Positions 63,377-64,000 of a stretch of DNA of 64,000 nucleotides are shown in pieces (the first letter of the stretch is position 1; each line of letters begins with the position of its first letter). A program made the translations under genes and the position numbers. The notes below the pieces were generated by a model. The model was not told where the DNA came from, did not search any database, and saw only the letters and a list, made by a program, of their open reading frames with translations. Origin of the DNA: Malacoraja senta (lineage: Eukaryota); the NCBI GenBank assembly GCA_038087875.1, contig JAXLNO010000114.1, positions 62,001 through 126,000 on the forward strand, given 5' to 3'.

Positions 63377-64000
63377 ATGTGAAGGTTACCATTCTTGCTG
63401 AAAATCACCACATTTTTCGGCATTAAACTGTTACGAAGGTTTAAAATTAATGCGTTATTAATGAATGAAAAATTATTTTTTGGTGGTTTATTTGAGGAAG
63501 ATACTCTATAATTTGAAAGACTGCAACAAAAATTTGATATTATATTCTTCAATCAGTTATATTTTGCAGTGTTGTTCATCATAAAAATGCGACGGATATG
63601 ACTGAATGCAATGGGCAACCTGGAAAAAGAAGAGGAAAAAAAGAATTAAATTCTCTAAAAGATTGCGCCAAACATATTTTTCCCATAGTAGAGATGTTCA
63701 TCTATGTGAAACAACATTCAAAGTTGCAAAAATTTAAGTTTTATAATAGGGTTTCCAGAAACATCAAAGTAGACACTTACTGAAGAATCACCCTGCCATT
63801 ACTGCACAGGCAGGTCGGAGTGATCTTACGCAGATTAAAAGAACAAATTTTCCAGGTGTTATTTCCAGTTTACATCGTGGAAACAGGCCCTTCTACCCAA
63901 CTAGCCCACACTGGCCAACATGTCCCAGCTGCACTAGTCCCAGAGTCACGGAAACAGGCCCTTCTGCCCAACTTGCCCACACCGGCCAACATGTCCCAGC

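Overview
Eukaryotic, repeat-dense vertebrate DNA, not prokaryotic. The mix of HE1/V-SINE, esterase-type CR1, Penelope termini and an elasmobranch-style NLR suggests a cartilaginous fish such as a skate or ray (inference). The only host gene I can support is a multi-exon NLR (CARD/death-fold-like N-terminus, NACHT, ribonuclease-inhibitor-type LRRs) on the minus strand at about 2838-20929. It is a pseudogene, with nonsense codons, frameshifts, an internal NACHT-exon deletion and a partial exon duplication. Its introns hold a very young Mag-like Gypsy element (identical 204-bp LTRs, GTTAT TSD) and a full-length L1/Tx1 with an ~82-bp flanking duplication. The remainder is a nest of L1, CR1, Tc1, DIRS1, Helitron, Hero-like, Penelope, Rex/Babar, SINE and MITE elements, plus a 200-N gap at 50158-50357. 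The most notable structure is four pairs of inverted homology blocks in mirror order around ~51 kb. They indicate a >40-kb degenerate palindrome, possibly two head-to-head NLR paralogues around a central CpG/CCAAT promoter-like segment. I cannot support a wholly new biological system. Coordinates were read by eye and may be off by a few bases.
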